Shown here piece by piece: positions 19,201-28,356 of a stretch of 64,000 nt of DNA. Origin of the DNA: a bacterium (GTDB lineage Bacteria; SAR324; XYD2-FULL-50-16; G965216635); NCBI GenBank assembly GCA_965216635.1, contig OZ244188.1:1728001-1792000 (forward strand), written 5' to 3'. Under the pieces are notes generated by a model. It was given only the letters and a program-made list of their open reading frames with translations. It searched no databases and was not told where the DNA came from. Every line of letters begins with the position of its first letter. Position 1 is the stretch's first letter. The translations under genes and the position numbers were made by a program.

Positions 19201-20256
19201 ATGAAAAAAAAAGTTTTACCAAAAAAAGTTTTAATTGTAGGCGGTGGCAAAAGCACAGAGCACGAAGTATCTCTAGTTTCTGCCTACAATATTTTTCAAA
19301 ACATTCCTCTAGAATCCTACACACCTATTTTAGTAGCAATAGATAAAAAAGGAATCTGGAGGCACTACGAAGACTTGATTCTTAACACAAACAATATAGC
19401 CGAAGTTTGTATTAACCCACAGGCTCAAGAAATATCTATAGAAAATTTTATCCGTTCCCAAAAAATAGAAGTAGTCTTTCCTATTTTGCACGGCACGGGA
19501 GGAGAAGATGGCTGTATGCAAGGAATGTTAGAAATTTTAGATGTGGCTTATGTAGGCTCCGATGTTAGATCTTCTGCGATCTGTATGGATAAAGTTTTTA
19601 CCAAAACCATTTTAGAAAAAGCTGGAATAAAAACAGTTCCCTACAAAGATTTTCTTCATAACCAGTCTTTACCAAAGTTTTCTAAACTCTGCGATGAATT
19701 GGATTCGGATAACTTAATAGTCAAAGCCTCTTCTTTGGGCTCCTCTGTAGGAGTTTATCTTTGCAAGGACGAGTCATCTTTTGGGAAAGCTTGCCAGAAA
19801 ATACAAAGCATAGATCCTAAAATTTTGATAGAAAAACAAATAAAAGGTAGAGAATTGGAGGTTGCTGTTTTAGGCAATCAAAATATAGAGGCATCTCTAG
19901 TTGGAGAAATTCTATTAAAAAATTACGATTTTTATTCTTACGAAGCAAAATATTTAGACGAAAAAGGAGTAGAGCTAGTAGCTCCAGCGGACTTGCCCGC
20001 AGAATTAGTTGCAAAAATACAGATGGTAAGTAAGGACGCTTACAAAACCATGCAATGTAGTGGGTTAGCGAGAATAGATTTTTTTCTTGTAGGAGAAGAA
20101 ATTTATCTCAATGAGATTAATAGCTTGCCCGGTTTTACAAAAATCAGTATGTATCCTAGGTTGTGGCAAGTATCGGGTCTGAATTATTCTGCTTTAATTG
20201 ATAAACTTCTCAAACTTGCACTGGAGAAAAAATCAGAACAAAAACAAAATCTTTGA
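19201..20256 (+). CDS. ddl: D-alanine--D-alanine ligase, copy 2
   Basis: GGKSTEHEVS, LHGTGGEDG, GSSVG, YSYEAKY and NEINSLPGFTKISMYP. ATG 19201 preferred. Confidence 0.93.
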   Translation: MKKKVLPKKVLIVGGGKSTEHEVSLVSAYNIFQNIPLESYTPILVAIDKKGIWRHYEDLILNTNNIAEVCINPQAQEISIENFIRSQKIEVVFPILHGTGGEDGCMQGMLEILDVAYVGSDVRSSAICMDKVFTKTILEKAGIKTVPYKDFLHNQSLPKFSKLCDELDSDNLIVKASSLGSSVGVYLCKDESSFGKACQKIQSIDPKILIEKQIKGRELEVAVLGNQNIEASLVGEILLKNYDFYSYEAKYLDEKGVELVAPADLPAELVAKIQMVSKDAYKTMQCSGLARIDFFLVGEEIYLNEINSLPGFTKISMYPRLWQVSGLNYSALIDKLLKLALEKKSEQKQNL

Positions 20257-20338
20257 TTTTAATTGTGATTGCCTTTACTTATAATACAATATACTTTTGA
20301 AGTCTATTTGAATACAAACCTTAATAAAAATAATACCT

Positions 20339-21229
20339 ATGAAACTACTAAATGGAAAAGATCTGAGCGGACAACTAGAAGCCGAGTTAAAAAAAAATGT
20401 AGACCTACTGAAGGCTAAAGGAGTGCATCCTCGCCTTGTTGTAGTTTTAGTAGGAGAAGATCCCGCCTCTACAATATATGTCCGCCGTAAGCGGGAAGCT
20501 TGCGAGAGATTGGGTATAGATTCTGTTTCTGAAAAGTTGCCCGAAACCACTAATGAAGCGGAACTTTTGGCACTAGTTGCAAAACTCAATCAAGACAAAT
20601 CAATAAATGGAATTCTTTGCCAATCCCCTTTGCCCAAAGACACAGATGAAAGCAAAATTTTTAGAAGTATCAGTGCCGAAAAAGATGTAGATTGTTTTCA
20701 CCCTTATAATATGGGGCTACTGGCTTTAGGTCAGCCCAGATTTATGCCCTGCACTCCATACGGGGTGATTCAAATCTTGCACCGAAATGGTTATAGTCTT
20801 AAAGGCAAAAGAGTCGTAGTTTTAGGTAGGAGCAATATTGTAGGTAGGCCTCTTTCTATTCTACTCTCCTTAAAAAAATACAACGCTACAGTGCAATTAT
20901 GCCATTCTGCAACAGTAGAGCTAGAAACTCGCTGTCGCGAAGCCGATATTTTGATTGCTGCTATCGGCAAACCAGAATTTGTAACCGCAGATTTTATAAA
21001 AGAAGGCGCAGTTGTGGTAGATGTCGGTATCAACCGTATTGAAGATAAAAATTCTCCTAGAGGAAGACGTATTGTAGGCGACGTTGCCTTTGAAGAAATC
21101 AAGGAAAAAGCCTCTGCGATTACTCCTGTTCCCGGTGGAATAGGTCCTATGACGATTAGTATGTTACTGCACAATGCTATCAATGCTGCTGCTTTGCAGC
21201 ACAACCTTCCTAAGTTTGAATTGGATTAA
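20339..21229 (+). CDS. folD: Methylenetetrahydrofolate dehydrogenase/cyclohydrolase
   Basis: KDVDCFHP, PCTP, GRSNIVGRP, DVGINR and TPVPGGIGPMT. Confidence 0.96.
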   Translation: MKLLNGKDLSGQLEAELKKNVDLLKAKGVHPRLVVVLVGEDPASTIYVRRKREACERLGIDSVSEKLPETTNEAELLALVAKLNQDKSINGILCQSPLPKDTDESKIFRSISAEKDVDCFHPYNMGLLALGQPRFMPCTPYGVIQILHRNGYSLKGKRVVVLGRSNIVGRPLSILLSLKKYNATVQLCHSATVELETRCREADILIAAIGKPEFVTADFIKEGAVVVDVGINRIEDKNSPRGRRIVGDVAFEEIKEKASAITPVPGGIGPMTISMLLHNAINAAALQHNLPKFELD

Positions 21230-21326
21230 CTTTTGAATTTGCGTTGTGTTAAGCAGTAAGAGAGTATTCCTACGAGTTAAAAAATTTTTCGCACCTGTTT
21301 CAACTATTTGGCAAATTCAAAAATCT
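21229..21326. mobile_element. Family A MITE-like element, short variant
   Basis: TTTTGAATTTGC...GCAAATTCAAAA termini with a partial internal GTATTCC motif. Confidence 0.7.
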
Positions 21327-21338
21327 ATATTAGAATAT

Positions 21339-22034
21339 ATGGAATACTTCTATCACAAAAACAAACAAATTCTTATTTCTACAAATTTTAAGGTGATGTA
21401 TACCTCATTGTTAAAAATTTCTATTAATTTTTCAGTCTTGATAAGGATAGATAGTACATTTCCAACTTTTTTAGAAAAGCACAACATTCCTTTTTTAGAA
21501 CACTATTTGCTCGTTAGAAATCCCTACAGAAGAGCTATTTCCTTTTATAAAGAAAAATTTCATAGTCTAGTACTAGAACAAAAAAACAACCTTCGTTTAG
21601 GTTGGCAAGATGTTCAAAAAACAATTTTCCCTTACTTGGATATTGACGAAAAAAAGGATTCCAAGGAGCAGATTTTTGAAAAATGGAATATCTCTTTTGC
21701 TGATTTTACAAATAATATTCTACCAAAGGTTTATGAAATGGATAGGCATCTAACGCCACAACATTGGATATATTGTCTACAAGGAAAAAGAAAAGGAAAA
21801 TTTATAGCCGATATTACTAAAAAACGTCCTATCTTTGAAAATGTAAAAATTATTAAAATAGACGATAGAGAAGCAATGGTAAAACTTTCTGAAAAAATCA
21901 ATCTTGATTTTTTCAATACCAAAGTCAATAATACCCAAGCGGTTGAATCTCCAGCTTTAACCCCTGATTTTATAAAAATCATCAATAGAATTTACAAAGA
22001 TGATTTTAAAATTTTTGACTACCCCAAACTTTAA
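21339..22034 (+). CDS. Sulfotransferase family 2-like protein
   Basis: KVMYTS (5'-PSB-like), LVRNPYRRAISFY (3'-PB-like), HLTPQ and terminal IYKDDFKIFDY. The upstream in-frame extension lies inside a repeat element. Confidence 0.7.
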   Translation: MEYFYHKNKQILISTNFKVMYTSLLKISINFSVLIRIDSTFPTFLEKHNIPFLEHYLLVRNPYRRAISFYKEKFHSLVLEQKNNLRLGWQDVQKTIFPYLDIDEKKDSKEQIFEKWNISFADFTNNILPKVYEMDRHLTPQHWIYCLQGKRKGKFIADITKKRPIFENVKIIKIDDREAMVKLSEKINLDFFNTKVNNTQAVESPALTPDFIKIINRIYKDDFKIFDYPKL

Positions 22035-22039
22035 ATTTT

Positions 22040-23287
22040 ATGACCCCAAATAACACCCGACCAAGTAATACACCAAATAACACCCAAATGAAGCGCTCCG
22101 TAAATTCTGGGAATTTTCAGCTTTACAAGTTAGTTGTAGCTATGATGTTCAGTTTTCCCACTGCTCCCATAGTGATTTTAGTAGGAGGTTTTGTTGGCAG
22201 ACAAATCTCCCCTCTGCCAGCTTTGGCTACACTTCCTATTGCTTTAACTGTTGTCGGTACAGTTTCTGGGATTATTCCCGCCAATCTTTTGATGCAGAAA
22301 ATCGGCAGAAAAAAAAGTTTTGTCTTTGCGAGTTTTTATTCCATCGCAGCCAGTCTTATCGCTGTATTTTCTATTTCTCAAAGTTTGTTTTGGCTTTTTT
22401 TAATAAGCACCTTTATGCTAGGAGGCGGAATTGCGTTTGTGCATCAGTACCGTTTTGCAGCTGTAGAATTACTACCAAGCAACAAATCACAGATTGCTAT
22501 TTCTCGCATTCTCATCGGCGGTATTGTCGGTGGTATTTTGGGACCCTATCTAGCAAATATCAGTGTTAACCTGCTAAGCGTAGAATTTGCAGGCTGTTTT
22601 TTGATTTTGGCAATTATGCACTTACTCGCTTTTTGCGTGCTGCTGACCTACAAACATCCTACAATAAAAAAAGATTTCAGCGACCAAAAAACAAAAAGAA
22701 GTTTGTTAGAAATTATCAAACAACCTCTATGTATTGTAGCTATTTTAACAGCTGCTTTTGGTTATGCCTTGATGTCTTTACTGATGACTGCAGCTCCTTT
22801 GAGTATGAAACATTCGCATAATTTTGATCTTTCTGCGGTTACTTTTGTTATTCAAATTCATTTAGCATCTATGTTTGTGCCTTCTTTGTTTAGCGGAGCT
22901 GTCTTGCAAAAAATCGGTGCTTTTCGCTTTATTATTATTGGATTTTTATTCAATATCGCTAGTTATATTACTGGCTATGTTACTGACTACTCGTCCCAAA
23001 AATTTTTTGGATTTTTGGTTTCCTTGTTTTGTTTAGGAATAGGTTGGAATTTTCTTTTTGTCGGAGGCACTTACCTGCTCACTAAAACCTACCGAGCAGA
23101 AGAAAGATTTAAGGTGCAAGCCTTTAATGATTTTTTTATTTTTGGAATACAGGCTTTAGCTTCTTTATCATCAGGGCTGTTGTTGTACTATTCAAATTGG
23201 GCTTTCTTAAATCAAATAGCTTTCTTTGTGCTTATTGCAGTAGCTAGTTTCTTTTTATTTCGCCAGAAAGAGATAAGAGCAATTTAG
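22040..23287 (+). CDS. MFS transporter
   Basis: About 12 hydrophobic helices, MQKIGRK motif A, YRFAA and GIGWNF. Confidence 0.88.
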   Translation: MTPNNTRPSNTPNNTQMKRSVNSGNFQLYKLVVAMMFSFPTAPIVILVGGFVGRQISPLPALATLPIALTVVGTVSGIIPANLLMQKIGRKKSFVFASFYSIAASLIAVFSISQSLFWLFLISTFMLGGGIAFVHQYRFAAVELLPSNKSQIAISRILIGGIVGGILGPYLANISVNLLSVEFAGCFLILAIMHLLAFCVLLTYKHPTIKKDFSDQKTKRSLLEIIKQPLCIVAILTAAFGYALMSLLMTAAPLSMKHSHNFDLSAVTFVIQIHLASMFVPSLFSGAVLQKIGAFRFIIIGFLFNIASYITGYVTDYSSQKFFGFLVSLFCLGIGWNFLFVGGTYLLTKTYRAEERFKVQAFNDFFIFGIQALASLSSGLLLYYSNWAFLNQIAFFVLIAVASFFLFRQKEIRAI

Positions 23288-23439
23288 TCTTCTACAAGCC
23301 ATGCGTAAACACCCTCAAAAAAAAATAGCCTGACAGCAAAAAAAAAAAATTGACTCATTTTCTTTTCTGCTACTTTCGTTAAAAGAAAATTTATTTTTGG
23401 TACTAATCTCAACTATAATTTATTATAAAAGCACCAAAT

Positions 23440-24606
23440 ATGAAGATACTGCAGATCACATTGAAAGCGATTTGTTTGCCCCTTATAATATTTATAACGG
23501 CATTTTTCTTTTTTATGCAAGCCTCCGACAGTCTGCAGGCACAGGAAGCTCCAGACCCAAGCCGTTACTGTGCCTACTACAGTTGTTTTGATTATTTCTA
23601 TAAAAAAGGTTGGTCTGTAGGCTACAGTCCTCTGATTTTTGGAGCGAACAAGATAGAAACCAAAACAACTATAGTAGACACAGTAGAAACAGAAATTGTG
23701 GTGAGTGATTTGACTGCCGATTTGCGTACGGATATCTACCCCAATACCTTCACAGACAAAATACAAGAGGTAGCAGTAAATATTTGTGAAGGCACTGAGA
23801 CCCGTACTGAAATATTCTACCTAGCAGCAGATCACAGCGACGCAACCGATCTTACGGCTATCCTTGGCTGGTTTGTTACAGATGCTCGTTTTCGCTTACA
23901 CGGAGAAGAAATTCCATACACAAGAAGTTTTGATGAGCGTTTATTAAGTCCTATCGCAGACGACGAATGCAAAAAAGCCTTTGATGCTCTGCTTGTAGAA
24001 GATCTAGCTTCCGCTGACTCTTTAACTAAAATCAAAGGAAAAGCCCTAGCGGGCAACGGCTTTCAAGTGGGCTACAGAAACGGTGACTATAGATATTCTT
24101 TTACAAACTACTCTTGGGAAGCAGGCACAGATAAACTAGATTCCCAAGTGCTTTTGCTAGAGTATTTTATAAATAAGGGTTTTTCGGTGGGAATAGGAGT
24201 GGCGGATGTTAAGCTGGATTCTAGTCTTGGAATCCATTCACAAAGAGCGAATGTTTATAGTTTGAGCTATCAGCTGTCTATTTTGAAAAACCTCTTTATA
24301 GAAGCGAGCTATATGCTTATCGCAGCCGATATTTCCGTGCAAAAAGAAGAAAGAGTAGAAGCATTTGAGGCAGTCAACCAAACAGATACCAGAGAGCTAG
24401 GGTTTTACGGTCACCATGACTTTATTTCTGGCTTAGTCGCTGTGTACGCTTTGAATCTTGAGAATAATAGTGCCTCTTCGTATAATGGCAGGTCCACAGT
24501 CACCCGAACCCAAACCAGAGCAGCTGGCTCAAGAGCGATCACAAAATCAGTGGAAATAAAAAACCCAGCTGCTTTTAGCATAAAATTCGTCTGGAACTTC
24601 TTTTAG
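23440..24606 (+). CDS. Outer-membrane beta-barrel family paralog A4
   Basis: Family-A conserved blocks; ends FSIKFVWNFF. Confidence 0.85.
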   Translation: MKILQITLKAICLPLIIFITAFFFFMQASDSLQAQEAPDPSRYCAYYSCFDYFYKKGWSVGYSPLIFGANKIETKTTIVDTVETEIVVSDLTADLRTDIYPNTFTDKIQEVAVNICEGTETRTEIFYLAADHSDATDLTAILGWFVTDARFRLHGEEIPYTRSFDERLLSPIADDECKKAFDALLVEDLASADSLTKIKGKALAGNGFQVGYRNGDYRYSFTNYSWEAGTDKLDSQVLLLEYFINKGFSVGIGVADVKLDSSLGIHSQRANVYSLSYQLSILKNLFIEASYMLIAADISVQKEERVEAFEAVNQTDTRELGFYGHHDFISGLVAVYALNLENNSASSYNGRSTVTRTQTRAAGSRAITKSVEIKNPAAFSIKFVWNFF

Positions 24607-24778
24607 GAACGTTTTTTTAAGAAGCTAGCCAAATGGGAAAAAAGGTGCAAAGAAAAAATAGCTAGACAGCAAAAAAAAAGATTGATTTATTTTCTTTTTT
24701 GCTATAGTTTTTTACCTATAAGGTTTGTTTTGAACCTTTTTTAGCCTTTTTGGCTTCTTAATTTAACTAAAATTTATA

Positions 24779-25912
24779 ATGAAAAAATTAAATATGAGAT
24801 TGAGCGTACCTTGTTTGAAGATGGTTGTTTTGCCTCTTATAATATTTATAGCGGCATTTTTCTTTTTTATGCAGGGAGTAGGCAGTCTGCGGGCACAAGA
24901 CAGCCAAACAAGTAAAATTGGTAAAGGTGGTTGGTTTATTGGGCTGACTCCCTATGCTTTGGGTCTTTCGGAGTCAAAGACTTCTGCTCGTATAACAAGT
25001 AATCCTACAGGTGTCACAACAGATAGTGGGGCTGGATTTAGCTTTAGTGCTGTAGCTCCTAGTAATTTAACTGACAGTAGGGGCATTTTGACTCCTGCTG
25101 AAACTATAGCCCACGCACAAGATACAGCCGTAAGGATTTGTGAGACGGGTGTTGCGAGCACAGATGGAAAAGATAGTGATTTTGGAGGTTTCCAATTCTC
25201 CCTAGCTGATGGAATCGTTGATTATAATGTCTACGAATTTAATAAATCCTACCACTGTAGCGTGCACTTTGCTGAGCTTTTAGCCAATGCTACCCAAGTT
25301 GTGCCATTTCAATTAGAAGCCTCAAAACCAGCGACAGCAAAATGGAGCGGGGCCGGCTTGCACTTCGGCTGGCAGTTTCCCGAAGGAGATAGAGTAGGGT
25401 TGCAACTACACAACTGGAAAGGAGATGGTACCGAGGTAAGTAGCCAAATTGCAATCTACGACTATTTTTTTCCCAAAGGCTTTTATGCGGGACTAGGCGT
25501 TGGAACTCTGCAACTCAAAGCACTAGGCAAAACAGAAAACCAAAGAGCAACAGCTGTGAATCTGGGTTGGCAGTATTCTATTAAAGAGAACCTCAAGCTG
25601 GAATTAGGCTACCTTCTTTTGAACGGAGAGGTAACAGTTAAAAAAGAAACCAGAACAACCAGAACTGTAGTGATTTCCAGCGCAGAAGTGGCAGGACGGG
25701 ATATATGGTTGGGATTTAACTTTAAAGGTGGGGTAGGTTATACCGCTCACTGTTCGCGCGAGTCTGACTGTATTTTAAAGCTTAAAAGAGTAAAAGTTAC
25801 TAGCGAGCCACTCAAAAGGGAAATATCAGAAGTTTATGATGTAATAGAAACCCAAGAAGTAACAGTTTCCAACCCATCTGTGATCTATATCCGCTTGAGC
25901 CTCAGCTTTTAG
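24779..25912 (+). CDS. Divergent beta-barrel paralog carrying a family-A signal peptide (A5)
   Basis: First 40 aa or so near-identical to A3. Body is distantly similar (GWFIGLTP, GAGLHFGW, GFYAGLGVG); terminal Phe. Confidence 0.8.
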   Translation: MKKLNMRLSVPCLKMVVLPLIIFIAAFFFFMQGVGSLRAQDSQTSKIGKGGWFIGLTPYALGLSESKTSARITSNPTGVTTDSGAGFSFSAVAPSNLTDSRGILTPAETIAHAQDTAVRICETGVASTDGKDSDFGGFQFSLADGIVDYNVYEFNKSYHCSVHFAELLANATQVVPFQLEASKPATAKWSGAGLHFGWQFPEGDRVGLQLHNWKGDGTEVSSQIAIYDYFFPKGFYAGLGVGTLQLKALGKTENQRATAVNLGWQYSIKENLKLELGYLLLNGEVTVKKETRTTRTVVISSAEVAGRDIWLGFNFKGGVGYTAHCSRESDCILKLKRVKVTSEPLKREISEVYDVIETQEVTVSNPSVIYIRLSLSF

Positions 25913-26152
25913 CATAAAATTCGTCTATCGCTTCTTTTAAGAACGTTCCTTTTAAGGAGCTTCTTTTAAGAACGTTTTTTTAAGAAGCTAGCCAAATGGG
26001 AAAAAAGGTGCAAAAAAAAATAGCTAGCCAAATGGGAAAAAAGGTGCAAAAAAAAAGATTTATTTATTTTCTTTTTTGCTATAGTTATCTTAATAAGGGT
26101 TTGTTTTGAACCTTTTTTAGCCGCAAGGCATACATTTTAACTAAAATTTATA

Positions 26153-27322
26153 ATGAAAAAATTAAATATAAGAATGAAAAAACTAAATATGAGATTGAAG
26201 GTGGTTGTTTTGCCTCTTATAATATTTATAGCGGCATTTTTCTTTTTTATGCAGGGAGCAGGTAGTCTGCGGGCACAGGAAGCTCCAGAGATAGCATCCC
26301 AAAAGGGTTGGTTTGTAGGAGTTAATCCTCTGATTTTTGGAGCGAACAAGATAGAAACCAAAACAACTGTAGTAAGTACAGGAGGAGGGAAAGTTACGGT
26401 GAGTGATTTGACTGCGGATATTCGTACTAGTTATACATTCACCGTTCAGGTACAGCAAATAGCAGTAGATATTTGTGCGGGTAATTTTACAGGTTATGAT
26501 TTAGACAATTTAGAAATATTATATCTGGCGGAAGATAGAAGCGACGCAACAGACTTTTTATTTTTAGGTGGGGGGTCATTTGGATCTGTTCGGTTTCGCC
26601 TCGACGGAGAAGAACTTGAATCTCTCACAGGAGATCCAAATGATATTGCTCGGTCAGTAACCGCAAGCCCCATTGATGACTATGCCTGTAAGCAAGCCTT
26701 TGATGGATTGCTTTTAGAAGATAAATCTTCTACTGCTGGCTCTTCAGAAACCAGCAAGGGAAAAGCTCTAGCGGGCAACGGCTTGCAAGTGGGCTACAGA
26801 GACGGTGACTATAGATATTCTTTCAGCAACTTCTCTTGGGCAGCTGGAGCAGATAAGCTAGATTCCCAAGTGCTTTTGCTAGAGTATTTTATAGCTAAGG
26901 GTTTTTCGGCGGGAATAGGAGTGGCGAATGTTAAACTGGATTCTAGTGCTGGACTCCATTCACAAAGAGCGAATGTTTATAGTTTGAGCTACCAGTACCC
27001 TATCTGGAAAAACCTTTTTATAGAAGCGAGCTATATGCTTATCTCAGCCAATATTTCCGTGCAAAAAGAAGAGCTAGAAGTATTTGAAGAAGTCAATCAA
27101 ACAGATACCAGAGAGCTAGGGTTTTATGGGGAAAACAATTTAAATCCTTACGTTACTAATGAACTTTTCGCTTCATATTATGAGAGTTCTTCACTATTTG
27201 ATCTTAGAAACACCGTAACCCGAACCCAAACCCGAACAGCTGGCTCAATAAGAACCATAAAATCAGTGAAAATAAAAAACCCAGCTGCCTTTAGAATAAA
27301 TTTCATCTGGCGCTTCTTTTAA
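26153..27322 (+). CDS. Outer-membrane beta-barrel family paralog A6
   Basis: Family-A conserved blocks; duplicated start MKKLNIR-MKKLNMR; ends FIWRFF. Confidence 0.85.
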   Translation: MKKLNIRMKKLNMRLKVVVLPLIIFIAAFFFFMQGAGSLRAQEAPEIASQKGWFVGVNPLIFGANKIETKTTVVSTGGGKVTVSDLTADIRTSYTFTVQVQQIAVDICAGNFTGYDLDNLEILYLAEDRSDATDFLFLGGGSFGSVRFRLDGEELESLTGDPNDIARSVTASPIDDYACKQAFDGLLLEDKSSTAGSSETSKGKALAGNGLQVGYRDGDYRYSFSNFSWAAGADKLDSQVLLLEYFIAKGFSAGIGVANVKLDSSAGLHSQRANVYSLSYQYPIWKNLFIEASYMLISANISVQKEELEVFEEVNQTDTRELGFYGENNLNPYVTNELFASYYESSSLFDLRNTVTRTQTRTAGSIRTIKSVKIKNPAAFRINFIWRFF

Positions 27323-27509
27323 GAACCGCAGATAACATTTTTTTAAGAACGGGGACACATTTTTACTTTGTAAAAAAATGTCCCCTGCAATGTTTTTGGT
27401 TTTCTCTTTATATCTTTTTGTTTTTGACTTGACTTTTAAACTGCAGGGGATGTTTTTTTTTCAACGAAAAAAATAACGTCCCCGCCAGCATACAAAAAAA
27501 AAGCCAGCC

Positions 27510-27698
27510 AGCAAAGAAAAAAATTTTAGCTCGCTGGAATATCGTAGTGCCACAATAATGGGAGCAGGCACTACAAAACTTGCATAATCTAAAAAAGAAA
27601 TGCAAAAGCTCCAGTGGAGCTTTTGCTGTACCCTTTACGAAATAGATAGCAGTAAGAGAGTGCATTTCTTCACAAATGGCAAGAGTTAAAAATTTTTC
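27510..27698. repeat. Family A core with nested family B element (hairpin GCAAAAGCTCCAGTGGAGCTTTTGC at 27602-27626)
   Basis: Arms AAATTTTAGCTCGCTGGAATA and AAGAGTTAAAATTTT flank an insert related to those at 55549-55654 and 55813-55917. Boundaries approximate. Confidence 0.65.
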
Positions 27699-27711
27699 TA
27701 TAAATTAAACA

Positions 27712-28347
27712 ATGCAAAAAACTACTAATTTAATAAAAATCATCGTCTTTGGTGCTACTGGAAGAACAGGAAAACTTGTATGCGAACGTATTCTCAAATC
27801 TGGTGTTATTGTTACAGGGTTTGGACGTTCTAAAGAAAAAATCAAAAATATTGATAAAAAACTACTCGCATCTCAAGGAGATATCTTTGATAGAGAGCAA
27901 GTCTTCCAAGCCGTTACCAATCAAGATGCGGTTATTGTATGTTTGGGAAGTGTTAATCTTAAAGATAGCACCACTCTTTCTTCAGGCACACAGAATATTG
28001 TAGATGCGATGTCTCGTCACAAAATAAAAAGGTTGGTTCTCATTTCCGCTGCTGGCGTCAATGAGAGTTGGGCTCAAATACCGTTTTTGCCTCGCCTTAT
28101 GTTTAAGACCATTTTGCGTAATATTTTCAAAGACCACCATAAACAAGAAGCCATAGTCAAAAAAAGCTCGTTGGATTGGACTATTGTTCGTCCAGCAGTA
28201 TTGAATGACAAGCCCGCTTGTGGCAAATATAGCGCAAGCAATTCTGCCCCTGTTCGCAAAATAAGCCGAGCTGATCTTGCTGATTTTCTAATCAAACAGG
28301 TATCCGATAAATCTTATATTGGGCAAGCTATTTCTGTTACATCCTAA
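27712..28347 (+). CDS. NAD(P)H-binding flavin reductase-like / atypical SDR
   Basis: VFGATGRTG, LDWTIVRP and ISRADLA. Confidence 0.88.
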   Translation: MQKTTNLIKIIVFGATGRTGKLVCERILKSGVIVTGFGRSKEKIKNIDKKLLASQGDIFDREQVFQAVTNQDAVIVCLGSVNLKDSTTLSSGTQNIVDAMSRHKIKRLVLISAAGVNESWAQIPFLPRLMFKTILRNIFKDHHKQEAIVKKSSLDWTIVRPAVLNDKPACGKYSASNSAPVRKISRADLADFLIKQVSDKSYIGQAISVTS

Positions 28348-28356
28348 CTAAATCAC

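Noticed and set aside
17989..20256. VanA/VanB-type glycopeptide resistance ligase
   Set aside because: Both copies keep the Ddl-type YxYxAKY loop, and no vanH, vanX or vanRS neighbours are present.
21246..21338. N-terminal extensions of the sulfotransferase (from 21246) and plsY (62904-62999)
   Set aside because: Both extensions run through repeat elements; downstream ATGs fit the families better.
1..27322. Diversity-generating retroelement behind barrel variation
   Set aside because: No reverse transcriptase or template repeat seen. Differences are block swaps and indels, not adenine-specific substitutions.
27408..27665. 85-aa minus-strand ORF
   Set aside because: Composed entirely of repeat family A, B and C sequence.
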